Assembly: GCA_051362555.1 (NCBI GenBank)
Contig: CM120642.1
Location: 11,718,001-11,782,000 of the forward strand
Reading direction: 5' to 3'
Origin: Lingula anatina
Taxonomy: Eukaryota; Animalia; Brachiopoda
Length of the DNA stretch: 64,000 nucleotides
Part shown: positions 39,119 through 53,800 of the stretch, one piece after another
Layout: the number at the start of each line of letters is the position of its first letter
Position numbering within the stretch: position 1 is the stretch's first letter
Translations under genes and position numbers: made by a program
Notes under the pieces: model-generated
Seen by the model: only the letters and a program-made list of their open reading frames with translations
Told to the model about the DNA's origin: nothing
Database searches by the model: none

Positions 39119-41308
39119 CTGTAGAAAATAACAAAGAAAATCTAATTGTTTTTTCTTTATAAAAAATGTTGCTTACTTGCTAATTTGTGAGAACAAAACC
39201 AGTGTTTTAATAAAAGCGAGAGCTTAAACCTTTCAACTGCTGTTAAGATAGGCTTTATCTGCTATTGCCTACTATACAGTACAACATGCCCAATATTTGG
39301 ATTATTGTTTTCTTATGTTGGAACCACTGTTGATGTTACTTTTAAATATTTCACAGCCAGAGAGGATAGAATTGAATTTTAAACCATGCATAATATTCGA
39401 TTTTTGAAAATTTGCAAACAATTAATACCACATATATTTGAAACACTACAATGTAGCTACGTGCACTGCCATGTGAAATTCGCAGGTGTCTAACAAATTA
39501 GCTAACAGAAAGCTGCTAAAACATGTGTCTTGTACGTAATATTGTACGAGATCGATGGGGAGATAAACAAAGTATCAGCTGCCTGGAAATTAAAACTGCG
39601 CGGTTTTGCCTGCAATAATTGATCATGATTAAGATACACGTTTAATTTTAATCAAAAGAACGTAGTTCACGGCTTTCAAATCTAAAATTTAAAAAAGATT
39701 AGGTCTATTCCGGGAATCTTCGGCAATTTTGTAAGAATCACATACAGGTCCATGTATTTTAACTACTTAATACGGTGTTACCAATTCAATGTCCGCTTTC
39801 AGTTACGAGAAAGGAAATCCACAGTTCGTCATATCTCACAATTCAATCCTGTCTACAGATTGAAATAATTGTTTCCACAATTCAATTTGAGGCATGGCTC
39901 CAAGGCCTCTCCTTCCTAAAAATATTCATTAGTACTACACCTCACTAGGTCTTGTTTTCTGGACTTCATTGCATCTCGGATTGTTGGATATATGGAAACT
40001 TGTCCACATATAAAAAACTGCAAGAACTCCGTTTTGGAAATCCAATGAAAAAAATTAGACACGTTCAGCAATTAAAAATATCTACCACCGGTTCACGCGG
40101 ACACGAGTACGGTCAAGGTCGATTGTCGAGTTACCGAGTTAGTCTCAAGAGGAATCTGAAGGGGTTCAAATCGATGGAATTAAAGTGCACCAATTACAAC
40201 AGTCGACAAACTAAACTCGGGGCGCTTTATTTCCACTATTGATGAAATATTCGATATTTGTGTACAGAACGGAAATCCAAACAAGGTCGCGGTAGACCAC
40301 CCCACAAATTGCAGGTGTAACAACTGTATAGGCGAAGGGAAATGTACCTCATTACTTTCACTAAATGAACCCATCGTCTATTTAACAGGAATGAAAATAT
40401 TTACTGTATCAATCCTAGCGCCTAATTGAGAGTGTAGAATCTCATTGTTAGACCCATGGCCCGTGTTCGGTCCAATCTCTGTTTGGATTTTAGATCACTC
40501 TATTGGGTCTGATGAAATAATACAGCAAGATTGAATTTATTCGATAAGATTTTGTATGAAATATGAATAAATTTGTTTCATTATCCCTCGGAATATCACA
40601 TAAAGATGCATTGATTATTCGTGAAAATAGTCGAAAGCAGGATGTCTATGATAATATACTGTTGGCGCGTATGTTAAGAAAAGCGTGCTCGTGCATTAAG
40701 GCAAGTTATCTTACCTATAAAGCTGGACGACGGGGTCCAGGGCAAACACAGGCAAAGTTCGAGGCTCTGCCGTCGGTAACACCCTTGGTAACGCCCCAAA
40801 CTCAGCACAAGACACTGCGTTCCTTTTCATTTTCGCCACAAGACGACTTTAATCCAAATAATTTGATTCCCTCTTTAGTTCAAGCTTGCTCCGTGAATGT
40901 GAAAATTCTCTTCACGCGCTGAGAGCCTGAGCCTCGGGTCGTTATATCAATGTTTTTAATGAATTGTCACATCCCACACTGCCGATGACAATAGGCTGAG
41001 TTTACCTTGACGCGTGGTTTAATGAATTCGAGTATCTATTGCTAACTCCCGTTTTGTTCAGGGATGACCCCTTTCTTCAATCTCCTCATTTGGAAAATAC
41101 TTCCTGCCCTCTTTTGCGATGAAAGGCTTTGTGAAGTTCTTCCCCTGAAAGAGTGACTAGGTTTTAATAGCAGCCCTTCACGGCCGCAGCTCATCGCGTC
41201 AAGTCAAACTTTATAGGTTCCAATAATGCTAGCAAACTTGAGGCCATACGATACTGATGAAATTCGCTGCTTCTCAGCTTTGCAGTTTCTTTTTGTTGCC
41301 GTTAATAC

Positions 41309-41496
41309 CTACGGCGCCTCGTTTCAAAACCAGACATAGATTTAATTCTTTTCCAACGTCGTATTTTTTGTGTGCGCGCGTCAAGAATGTACTCGCTACA
41401 AGTAGTGCGATGTTGCCTGCCGTGTCCCCTTGTCTTCATTGCATCGTGTGTCCACGACTGGGTCAAGCACGCCGTCCATCATGGTCCATCGGTGGT
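41309..41496 (-). other. Candidate exon of the unannotated minus-strand gene
   Basis: Acceptor ggcttttatttcag| at 41496 and donor AG|gtatta at 41309. ATG at 41439 opens MKTRGHGRQHRTTCSEYILDARTQKIRRWKRIKSMSGFETRRR (phase 2). Several upstream ATGs lie in the same exon. Confidence 0.4.
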
Positions 41497-44108
41497 CTGA
41501 AATAAAAGCCGAGCGAACGTAAGATTTGAAACAATGAATAAAACGGTCGTATACAGTCTTGGGGCAAGGCTGAGCGTGGTGGGTGTTTCAACAGAGCCAG
41601 TCATTTAAGTGACTGGAGCGTGGAAATAATTTGAGGAAAAACAAGAAGCACCTGCAGACTTAAAAACCGCAGATAGCAAGGAGTTTGTGGTAAAATCCGG
41701 GGGCAAAATGCATCACTTTAGCGTTTACAAAAATGCGCCAGAAACTGACAAAGTGTTAAACCAGTATACTAGACATACTTTCATATTCTATATAGAAGAA
41801 TAGTCAGGACAAAACTATAACTCAAAGTCCAGCGAGACAAAACTATATAACTGTGAAGGGTAGGATTTTTTACATTGTCCTTCTGTATCAAATATTCGTA
41901 TCAACAAAGAAACTTCGGCTATAGTCGCTATTTTAGCAATTCATATTTCTAGTGTATCGCTCGCTTTAAGTGACCCACCAAGCATCACATGATAAACAGT
42001 TTTCTGTCGAAACAATTTCAGGATAAATTTCAACCTTTTGTTGAGAACACCTCGCCATTGATGGGTTCTGTCGGGTTCAAAAGACCCTTTACAATTTTGG
42101 AAACTCAGACGGACGTCTCACCTGCTACACTTTCAGAAAAGATAGTATAAGGTCAGCCAACATTGCGTGTATCGGAAAAAGTTCAATTCTGTTTTGGCGA
42201 CCCCAGGTGACAGAAACAACCGAAACAGAACCATCCCTCCTTATGTACTTTAAGATATAATGATGGTGTCTCGCTCTTCCTCCACTTCTTTTTTTTTTCT
42301 CGTTTTACAAATGCGAATGTTCGTCATGCCACTTAAAGGGATGTATAAATTACATGAAATATTTATATAAAATAAAAACAACAGTTTGGTAAATCTTATG
42401 TCGATTACCCCGAGTTTCAAGGTATTTATGGTTGTAGTTATTCTCCCACTCATAATGGGCCTTTGATGGCAATACTCAGAAACTGAGGGTGCTGTTGATT
42501 GAATAAACGAGACAGCTGTGAACAGATTTTGTATTGAATGAAATATTGCCCGCATTTTCGCAAATGATAAATGAATCGTCGAAGAGGGCCATAATTATAT
42601 ACTGTAGGTTTGATTTTGAAAGGCATCGTTTTCTTTTTCTATTGAATGCCTCTTCCTATTTTCTCTATTATTGAGATGCCGCGACAACAGCATCTCTTGA
42701 GTTAATAATATCAAGGAGAAATAGCAGTATACCGCATACATACAAGTCGAAGTAAGCTACTTCATTAAAAAAAGACCAGTTTTTAAGTTGACTTTAAGTC
42801 TGCCCTTTCGATGTAATATGACCCCCTTTTTAACATTTAGGAGTTATATGAAAAGAACATAACTTGGGATAATATTACATCTGTCACCCAAGGTCAACTT
42901 ATCACGCAAAATTTCGATTATGAGATACACATGATAGGCCAAGAGAAGAAAAATAATATATTCTGAAGGCGCAAAACGCAAGAAAATCCATACAAATGAA
43001 ACTTCCATTTGAAAACTGGTATTCAGCATCGGGGTTTATTCTGAAATGACTAATTCTTAACTCCTGAGATCAATTTTGTTATCGAGCTCTTGTCACTTTG
43101 GCCTTTACAAACATTATCGACCTGACGGAGAGTTACAATAACCCATGTCATCTAGCGGTAACATTGCATAAAAGAAAGCTACAAATATAAACACTGAAAA
43201 CAACTGATGATTTATTGGAAAAGGGGCAAAATACCAAAGTTATTCATAATGTTTGACCCCGTCAAGTCACGTTTACTTCGCCTCCATTTCTGAATCCTTC
43301 TCCCTTCCCATCTCTTAGACGCGAATTCTAACCTCATGTTTTCAAATTTCACTGAAATTATTGACAATCTTCTGTTTTGTAATATGCAAGTTTTAAAGGA
43401 GAGAAAAATTCAACACTAATTTGATATCGAAGAATTGTGAGCGGCCGTAAATGGCACCGAAATTCGTGCACAATTGCTGCCAACGACTTCGTAATGCTTG
43501 CACCTGCCTGCATACGCAAACGGGATTTGAAAACACGATGATCCTCCTTCAAAAACTAAACTTGGCATCACTATATTACTTCCTTAAAGAAAACACTGCC
43601 ATTAAACAGCTATAAATTTATCTATGCAATCTCGCTGAATACAATACGGATTGGCGGGATCCAATTTCATTGATATCTGTCGTTATTTGATGCCTCACCT
43701 TTGTTGCCGCTAAAAGATTTACCGCCCGATAGAAATTCAGGATAGGCCCGAAACAAATGAAAAGAGTGATACTTCACACAGCACCTTGAATCTCTTTGTG
43801 CATATTTTGTGGTGTTTTTTGCCCAGAATCAACTACCTTAACACAGTCGGTTGTAAGTTAAAGTAACTATTTGCATGTGCCCCATCAAATTAATATAAAT
43901 ACCAAACATAACGTTGTAAATATGCGCAGTGTGTAAACGTTTAAGTTTCTTTATTACAACTGAATGTTATTTTGCAATGCACATCTTGTACCTGTGAGAA
44001 CATTCGGTCTATCGTTTCATTCAGTCCATGTTTATCAGTCTTTCTCCTCCTCTTCCTCTCTCTCTCTCTCTCTCTCTTCGCACATCTACACGTACTACTG
44101 CAACTTAC

Positions 44109-44240
44109 CCGAGCCCGCTTGTGTCTGCGCCTGTCATCTCCACGTGTGTTCGTTTTTGTTTGTGTCGCATGACGCACCACAAGACACACAAATCAATGGG
44201 CGGCCACTGGATAATTCAATAAACCCATTGACGTCGAAAA
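44109..44240 (-). promoter_or_regulatory. Candidate promoter and first exon of the unannotated minus-strand gene
   Basis: Consensus donor CGG|gtaagt at 44109, GC box GGGCGG at 44198-44203, and CRE-like TGACGTC at about 44229-44235. Confidence 0.4.
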
Positions 44241-46150
44241 CACAATTCCAAGCGGTACGAGTTCGTATCAAAAATCACTACGTCTTTCTCCGGGACTAGA
44301 CGAACAAACGCAAACCTATTCTAGTTGATAAAGGAATAAACCGAATACCCGCATTGTGTTTGCCGCATGTTACCTTGTATATTGTTACCACAGTGTTCGT
44401 TGGTATGACGGATTTTTTTTTTTTCAAAAGGAACACCCCAGTATGTTTTTTACCAACCCTGGAACTGGTGAATACAGAAAAAAATTGAATTATTTAAATT
44501 ATCCATACGAACAATAGAAATATATACATAGCTTAAAATCTTAAGCGCATCGATGATATTTTAACACGAACGTACTCGCGCTTCCCAAAGGTAGTGAAGA
44601 GACCAGTTACGTGTTTCTTTGTTCTATTTTTCATTACGTGTGTTTGCATTACCCTTCTAAATATCACTGGCTGGTTGAAAATCTCATGGCGCAAATCAAC
44701 ATTGCTACAACCCGATAATAAACGGTTCACCGCGTAAATGGTGACGACAGTGCGATAAAAACCAATATTCATAACAATACCTGTCTTATCTGGTCGACAT
44801 TTTTGGTCAGTTTCAGATGAAATGAAAATCCGTGTACAGCTCTACGTTCTTGCCCTGTTCGCCGTATAATGCTGAATCACTGCATGGGGAGACTACCAGA
44901 AAACCATACACTGAATATTTAATAATTCTTTCTTTCTGATCTTTTCTATATCATCAGCTGCTGCTTTATACCGTTCTTAATTGGTTTTATTGTAATGGTA
45001 CTCAAATATTTATTGCTTTTTATCTCCATTTTGATCAGGTAATGGCTTTGCAATATAGCACTTTAGTTATTTAGATAAAGTCCCAGCAACTGAGGTATGA
45101 AGTGTGTCACTTAATAACAAGGTACTCCCCGAGTTTAAAAGTGCTCTCTTCAACGCCCCAAAAGCTTAAAACCTATTGACTTTTACCCATTCTTTGCTGC
45201 ACGTGAGTTAAGAAATCCAGACGCCCATGTAGATCACTTCTTTATTGAACCGGTCAGTTCTAATAGGTTTTCTTATACATAGACGCAGTTTCATTCACAG
45301 TGAGTGACCCCGTGTAATGTAACGTCCGAGTGTGGACAGCACCCAGCATTCACTGGCCAGAGTAATCTCATCAAATCCTAATATGCAGTGTCATGATACA
45401 ATATTCATTTTCGGTTAAAACGCATCATGGTGGTCATTACAGTCATTAAATCTCCACCATGCGCCTGGACAAGCAATTTGAGAGATGGAAGTAAACAGCC
45501 ATGAAGATTGAATCTTCACACTTCTATATACCAAAGGCTCGTGCACCTTGGCTTCAGGGTCGGAATCAAAACATAACCAGCACGTACCGCGGTGTTTGTT
45601 CTGCGCATGCAATCAATGTATGTACACAGAGGGGTGAGACATTGTATCCGTCTTCTTATACGCATCATTACTGTCATCGATTTCATTGTTGTCGCTGTTG
45701 ACCCGTGGTATAATTCCACGGCGGTTATTGGTAAGTAGTGTGAAAACACGTCATATGACAGAGAGTGGTTTGTTATAATAAAGTCTCGCTATTATATGTA
45801 TATATATATGCGATATTATAATTAAGTTAGAATTTACGTAAGCAGCGTATATGATTTCATATCACGCGACACAGCACTGGTATAGAGAATTTTTCTTTCT
45901 TGTTCTCCTTTACAATAATATGAAAAATGTTTCTGGTGACATCGTGATAAGGTTTACTGGAATCTCAAATGCCCTTTTTTAGCACAGTTTTGATATATAT
46001 ACGTATACAAGAGAAAGATAGAGACAGATTTGTACAGTGCCGAGTAAATATCTATGTTCAAAATTGAAAATTAATATTAATAAAAAGAAACAGGAGAAAC
46101 ACGACAAAAGAAAACACGCCAAAGTTAAAAACAAGCAATGCACTATTATT

Positions 46151-46382
46151 TATATAAAAAGTGTGCCCCCTGGTAGCGTTCGAATATTGAGGACGAATAT
46201 CTAACGCTTTTTTTGTTGTTATTGTGCTATTGTTCTTGCAACGTCGGTTTTTCTTAAAATAGTTATGTAGAGCCTCCAGAAGTCTCGACGTCTTAAGTTT
46301 TCATTACTATAGTTTTAAAGGCGCCTTAGGTCCATTTCTTGATTGTATGTTGATCGTTAAACAATTTTCCATTGGTTCTCGG
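46151..46382 (+). promoter_or_regulatory. Candidate TATA box and non-coding first exon of the M6 gene
   Basis: TATATAAAAA at 46151 and consensus donor CGG|gtaagt after 46382, about 1.5 kb upstream of the M6 start. Confidence 0.35.
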
Positions 46383-47340
46383 GTAAGTTTTTCTTCCTTC
46401 TCATACTTTGAAATCGATGTTACTTCTTTTGTTATTTACAATACATTATCAGGTTTTGACTTCAATTCCGGGGACATCACCTCTGGAACCATTTGCATAT
46501 TTGTCTCTAAAATATTTGACTGCACTCCAAACGGCGCGCCTTACGTAGTTTTGATTCAGTCATGTGGTAATGTCATGCCCAAACTTTTATGTAAATATAC
46601 AGGGCAAATATCTCCCGGTGCCAGTTACACGACAGCCAAAAACCAGCCCCATGCAAAAGCAATGAATGCCAGGGTAAACAAATCGATGAAACAATTGCGG
46701 AAGTTATTTATCGGCGACAAAAGTTGTTCTATTACCAAAAGGCATCACACACAGCAGTGAATATGTCTCATATTTAGATTAATGTCTAGTATGCTTAAAT
46801 GTTTGAAACAAAAATTGCCACTGCATTTTTTTTTTTACTTCCTGTATTCCTCATTATAAATTTTTTTGGATATATTTCTTTCCTTTGGCGGACAAAAGTT
46901 AACTTGAATCCTCTTTGTTTAGTTATTTTACTTTTATGTAACTTTTTTTTCATTCTATGCTATTTCATGATTATTGTTTTGTGATTTTGTCTTTCTTTTG
47001 AAAAAAGTCTGAAATCACCCAGTGGCTTCAAAACGTGCTTGAGGTGAAAATCGAGGTAAATAGATTAAGGAAATGAGAATTCCGTCGTGTTTTAAGATAT
47101 TTTAAAAACTGTTTTAGAATGTCAGCTCTTCTCTTTTGATCACCTGCATAGGCTGCATTAGTATTTTTGCATTAGTATTTTTCCTTCTTTAATGTGTTTC
47201 TTTATTAAATAAATTACCTAATCGATAATTAATCAATGGCCGAATAAGCCCACTTCTTTTATCATTTGAAGAGATAATAAATGCCAAAAACTTATTTGAC
47301 GTCAGTCGATCATTGTTAGTGATAGCTACGTATTGTATTA

Positions 47341-47507
47341 CAGGGGCGGATTTAGGCCATCTTCTGGGTCTTCCGGAAGACGGTCAGATTTTCAGGTTTA
47401 CATTGCCGGGTATCTGATGTTTTCTGTCGGAAGACGGTCAAAAAAGAAGATGGATCAACAAAGATAATTTGGAAGACTGTCAGAAAATATCTCTGGATCC
47501 GCCCCTG
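47341..47507. mobile_element. MITE with CAGGGGCGGAT TIRs
   Basis: CAGGGGCGGAT...ATCCGCCCCTG, with three internal copies of GGAAGAC(G/T)GTCA. No clear TSD. Confidence 0.8.
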
Positions 47508-47844
47508 CGTAAGACTGTAAAAATATCAATAGAATAATGAAATATACCTGCCTGCTATCCTTAGACAGGAGTAAATCTGGAGCAATGATGAATTAACTCC
47601 CCTTCTCAAGATGTGCTTTGGATGTGTTCCCTCTTGAAATATTTTCACCTGACAATGTGAGGTGCTGCCATCATACGTTAGCATTATAGCCTCGTTTTCG
47701 TCCATACAGGTTAAATTTCCTGTTACCGTTTCAGGTGGGGAATTCTTGTGGAATTTTCCCCAAAACTGTGATCCATGTAATTCTTTGTGGAATTTAGTGA
47801 TTAAAATTGAAACAAAACGTATCAGGGACAAAAAAGGACATATA

Positions 47845-50800
47845 ATGGGTAAGTGATGAGTGCTTCTTTGTGCAATTTATCTTTTCTCAGGTGAGCAGGT
47901 TGTTGTCACACCTTGAGACATGGTCGGTAACTTTCACTCTGTGTGTATTTTTTTACCAGGATGCAAGTGTTTTAATAGCTGTTTAATAGCTAGTTCTTAT
48001 GTTTTAAATGCCCAGTATTTATGTTGGCATCGCCTGGTCAGATTTAACCACAGTTTAAATGTCTAAACCGTTAATTGGCAAATAGTCGCACGACGGCATT
48101 TACTGGGTAAACACAATGGTTCAAAGCAAACAATGGACATAACTGATTAGTCATATTATGATGGCTAGTTGTTGAATTATTGGAACAACTTTGTGATAAA
48201 TAATTTCCTGATAAAATCATAGGAACTGTTATAATCATCATTTGTGGATCATAATTTACTCAAATTGTGTCCTTCACTATTTGTTCCCATAGTTGAGCAT
48301 AGACATTAGAGGTACAGTTTAACAATGAACTGAAAGAAAGAGTTCAGATCAGGTCATTTTCGTTTGATGTGATAAACTAGCTGTGAAAAAAAAACAACTG
48401 AAACGATGTCCCAGCTCTAATTATACCCCTTTTTTTAGGAATTAAATGCACAACACTTTATCAATATTTAAAAACAAGTGAAGACAATATCACAGTATTA
48501 ATACCATTTGTAACAAATTTCTCTTATAAAAAAATTTCAGCACTTCATATCCAATTTTGGAAAAACATAAATAGCACCCTATCTGAAACCCTAGAAGTTC
48601 ATGGGTGTAAGAATATAATTAAGTGGCAAAATAAGATATTTAATTGTAAAACACAAAGAAAAATTGATACATAAGAGCAAATGTTGGAATTGCCAACTGT
48701 ATATTCAAATTTTAAAATGTGTTACACGTTTAAAGCTTATAAAGCAGGGTATAAGATACTATACTTATTAGTATACACTCTTTGAATATGAGCTTTGTAA
48801 ATATATCGGCAATGAAGAAAGGCTTAAAATTAAATGTCCAAATTTTTCCAGGTGCATTAGAGTGTCTGGGACGCATTCCCTATGCTTCCCTAATTGCCAC
48901 CCTGAAGTGCTGGGTAGGTGTGGGGATCTTCTGTGGCTGCCTTTATTCAGCACTGAGAATTGTGCTTGAGGACATTTTCTCCAAACTTCTGGGGTTCTCC
49001 ATAGAATGGTGAGTGCAGAGTGACTAGAAATATCATACTATACTGTATTTTAACTTTCACCAGTTGCTTGAAAACAATTACTTTGAATAGAAAATTGGAA
49101 TTTTTTGGTTTAATTAATGTCACTGACTTGATGAAGGAAAAGTACACTGACATGACTTTTCAAAACTATGATTATATCTTTACTGCAATATATTTTTTTA
49201 TTGCCCTGTGGTTTACTCTTATTAAAGTCCTGTTTATTAATTTTCTTCAGGCTGAGAATTCTGGTGATAGTTCTTATCATTGTTGCTGTGGTGATGGGCA
49301 TTTTTGCCACTCTGTTGTTGATATTTGGTTTCCTAGCAACTGGGAACACACGAAGGAATGTATACAAAGGCAACAAGTGCATCATGGGAGGAAGAGTGTC
49401 AGCAGCTATGGTAGGGCTGTGTATAAATTATTTTCAGCCATAATAAGTTTTCCAATTAAATTTGCATAATTTTTTTACTAAAATTATTCTGTCAGTGAAA
49501 AATGAAATCTAGACACTCTTTAATTTCCATGTTTAGAAACTGATGGTTGGATGTAGTATAACCTGTTTTTGAAAAAAAAAGCATAAATTCTAAATTTGCT
49601 TTTTGTTATCAATTGCTTCAGACATGACAGTTGCTGTAAATGAGCTTTAAAACATCAATATTATTGCCTCTTTTCTTTGTTTTCCAGTTCATGATGTTGA
49701 CGTACATAATGAATTTGACTTGGGTCCTGATCTGCGCCCTGTTAACAGTGCCTGTATTGATGTATGTCATGTTCATGTCCATATGCAATGAGGAGATCAT
49801 AGACCGCCAACTCGCAGGGTGGTATCCCACAATCAATATTTCACATTATGGTAAGAACTGATACATTATGTATTCTCTAAAAAAGTAACTTTTTTATAGA
49901 AATGTATCAATTTACTTGTATTGTTTCCAGTAGAGTTTTTTCATCAGTGAATACAGATTTCAAACAAAATTTAAACAATTTCTGGTTCTTAAATGATTTT
50001 TTAATTTAAGTTTTATAGAATTTTTGTTCCTATTGGAATTTTTAAATGGTCAAGTGTGAACAATACAAAGATACAGTTCAGATTAGCCTCATTGAGGGTG
50101 ATTCTTAGGGTTTTGTGGAAAACAGAATTTTTTTGTTTTTGCTTGTGGTTTATATATCTAAATATCTTGTTCACAGGGCTGTACAGAAATGCCACTGCCC
50201 TAGGAGGCAAGAATGTACTGAGAACACCAACAGAGCTCAGCAAACTATGTGAACACGTGAGTACAATAATGTTGTTATCTTACCATCTAAAACAAATTAA
50301 CAATTATTGCATTCCTAAAGTTCTCATAGCAGTAAAAATTTTTGATTTATGTTTACGTTATGTTGCATACTTAGCATTGATGGTAAAATGGCAAACAAGA
50401 TAACATTTTTGTACAAAGTTATATAAATTTAGAATAATTATGCATTTTCTATACCACTTGTAAATGTTTTGTATTTTTGCATTTTCAGATCTCAGAGGCA
50501 GGTCCCCTTTTCATTGTTGCATTTATTGGTGCCCTTTTAATTGTGTTGTCTATGGTAAGTATAGATGCTTTTATCTATTTATACCAAATAGCAAATTGCT
50601 GTGTAGTTTACAATGCCTGCCTGCTTAAAAAAGAAAGAAAAACGCAGTTAATCTTGTTTTGTTATAAATCTATCTTCTCTTGTGTTAACTTCACAATTTT
50701 CAAAAGCTTGTTTGAAACAGTTTTAAGTAGATTTGATAGTTTCACGCAGATTGTGCACTGTCATAAATTAGAATTTTTTAAAAAATACTAGTGCTAGTTT

Positions 50801-53800
50801 TAGTGATTTTTGTTGAACTTTGTTTTGAATTTTCTTATCATTGTCAATTGATAACCACACCAATACTTTCTAAGTACTAACAGTAAGGGTTCACATGGGT
50901 GAAGGGATTACAAAGTGACCATTAAAATTGGAATTTTTATTTACTAACAGCCACAAATAAGAATTGTTATTTACTGACTAACATATAGCAAACTTGATTA
51001 ATTTTTATATTTATTTATTCATTTTTATGTTTATTTATTTGTTTATTATTTATTTTTGTTTATTATTTTGAGAAACTGACAATGGACTGGTTGAACTCCA
51101 TATTAAATGTTATTGGAAGAGGGATTATTCTTCAGTAACCCATTTGTACCTATAACACAGATATGACTATTATTAACACCTACCCGCTATTATTAACATT
51201 ATTCTAACTATTGACCCCCTTCTGATTTTTTTATGCTCCCACCTTCCCTCATTGCTAAAGGTCACACTATCATAGTTGTAGGTTAAGGTCACTCTCCAAA
51301 ACTCTATCATAATGTTGAAGATCCTTTTTAAAATTTGAGCACTTTTCAAAGATAGGAGAACGAAAAATCGTGGATTGTCAGAAGACAAGTAGACATGGTT
51401 TTAAGTCAGAATTCCTGTCAGGGAAATGATCCTTTATTGAATTTTGTCGGTTTAGGATTGTTTTCTTGGATAAACTCTTCATCTGAAGTACATTTCCCTG
51501 TGCCCTACTGACACGAATTGGTGGAAAGCTCATGGTTTGCATGAATTTGTGGAAAGGGAATGTTATATATTGAATCAAATTGCCCTCAATATGCTGCTTG
51601 TTTATTTAAATTTTCCGTCCTCTTTCAAAATTTGATTTTATCCTAATTTGGCACCTTTTAAATTTGTAGGCACAATTCATGATATCTTTGGCTGCCAATT
51701 ACAACAAGATCAAAATGGCACGAGAGTTACAAGACATTCGCGAGGATCTCCGTTTGAATGACATGACTTCAGAATAGATCAAGAGAGTGAGAAAGTAGGT
51801 CCTGACCACTAGAAATAAATCAGAGTAACTTAGAAAATAGAGGCAAGATCATTATAGGGTTTAACTCAAATAATCAAATTGGTATGGCCATCTCAAGCAT
51901 TGCACAGCAAAAAAGAAAATGAAAATACTAAATTTACTAAATAAAATGCCACTAAATTGTAGAAAGAGTGAGATAATTAAGTAACTTTTAGTTTGATTTC
52001 TTTTGCATATCATATCTAATATGTTATAAATGTGTTTCCCTGTTTAATTTACTAAGAAATAAGAATTTTATTTTATAGGACAAAATTATGTAGGCTTGTC
52101 CATTATTTTCACTTATGTAAAATGGTAATTTTTAGGAAAGTGCTCATCTGATAACACATAGTTTTTTGATCTAGCTAATATTGAAAGGGTCCTGGGTCAC
52201 ATTTGCTCTGTAATAATGTCAACTAACAAATATACTGATAGAAACAATCAATAGATAAAATTATCACATCAAAGAAAAGTAAAAGTAAAAGGCTTGGAGG
52301 GAAATAATTTTGTATCATGCTCTGCCCTATTTCTGTAGCTTCCCTTAGAGACATATATTTTGAGGGTCCTTGGTGGTCCAAGCAACATTACAGGTTTCTT
52401 CATAGTGGACTAAGAACAACCAACACAGTCTATATACATCTCAACTAACACAATTGACACCTTTCTCTAGCGCTTCTCTATATGTGGCACTTGGTGTGTT
52501 TCAGGTTCAGTTTATCTCCATATTAAGTGCAAACTATGTACGGTTACGAGTATCAAAGGAACTACAGGAAATCAGGGACGATGTCGAAATGACAGAATCT
52601 TTTGAACCAGACAAATTCTAATGCATTTGTGGAGGCTCATGTCTGTGCATAGATATTTATTGCCATGGTAAATTTTACTAATTGTGAACCCAGTGATGGG
52701 TTATTAGAGCTGTAATTATCATTATTACAATGATGAATAATGCATGATTATGTTGAAATATGATACGATTTGAATAGAAAAATTGTCTGTGATTTACCCT
52801 ATTTAAGTGGAACCAAAGACCTATACATGGTGCTCTGTATATAAATCATTTACTGCATGTTTCTGTAAAATGCACCCATTTTTAAAAGACAGCAAAATGG
52901 TTTTATTGCTTTTTATGGTGAAGGGGGAGAGCAATTAAAAAAGAATCACACTTTGTAAGATTTCCACATTTCCAAAGACGGCAAGCCAGGACATCTTTGC
53001 ATGCAGCACACGTAACTCATCCATGCACTTACATGTTTGTCAGGTGAAAATATAGGATATTTATGTAAAAATTAGTAAGCCGTGCCTGTTGTTAAGGTCC
53101 AACATTTTGATGCATGTTTGTAATACTAGAGTACGTAGGCAAATTATGGAAACAATTAGATTCCCTCTAAGTAGAATTCTGACAATGCATTTTTTTGCAT
53201 CAGTCACCAGAAATTCAACTTTTTATAAAATTGCCTTAGTATTTTTATTTTATTTTCATACATTTTGAAAAATTGTTTTATTCTTACTCAAATTTGAAAA
53301 AAAAAACACAAAAAGATTTTAGATTAAGTATAACAGGTGCTACTGAATTGAGAAGTCAAAGAAAACTTTGTTAATCTCCTGTGTGTTTGAACTGTCAGTG
53401 TGCTGTGCAGTGCTTGCTTGAGACAATGTGATGTCTTGTCATGTCATAATGAAATTCTTCCTGTTGTTGTTTCTCAACCTCAATATTGTAAGTTTTGTAT
53501 TGCTTCTGATTTACAAAACATAGTAATTATTTCATGATTTGTACCAATGTTTTAACTAATTTGGTATGTTAATTAAAGATAGAATAATTAAGGGTATATA
53601 TTTCACCTTTGATGGACTGCTAAACAATTTTTATCTTTAATAATTTTATGAGATACAGATAAATAACTGGTATATATATACCAATCAAAATTTTTATTTT
53701 ATTCTTCTCCTTCTGTAACTTTAGGTCCACTTCATGGTGTCCCTGACTGCCAACTACACAAAGATCAAGATAGCCAAAGAACTGACCGATTACCGGTCAG

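Noticed and set aside
45334-45343. GGACAGCACC, an RE1/NRSE half-site
   Set aside because: The left half is missing, and REST is not expected in this lineage.
46347-46760. 137-aa ORF upstream of M6, and most other 60-150 aa ORFs in the track
   Set aside because: No recognisable domain; they are antisense shadows of real exons, intron read-through or microsatellite-derived (CVCV, ERER).
47960-48066. Acceptor followed by GCKCFNSCL..., resembling the GPM6 N-terminal Cys cluster
   Set aside because: The similarity arises from a short TTTAATAGCT duplication; the frame hits a stop and lacks IPYASL.
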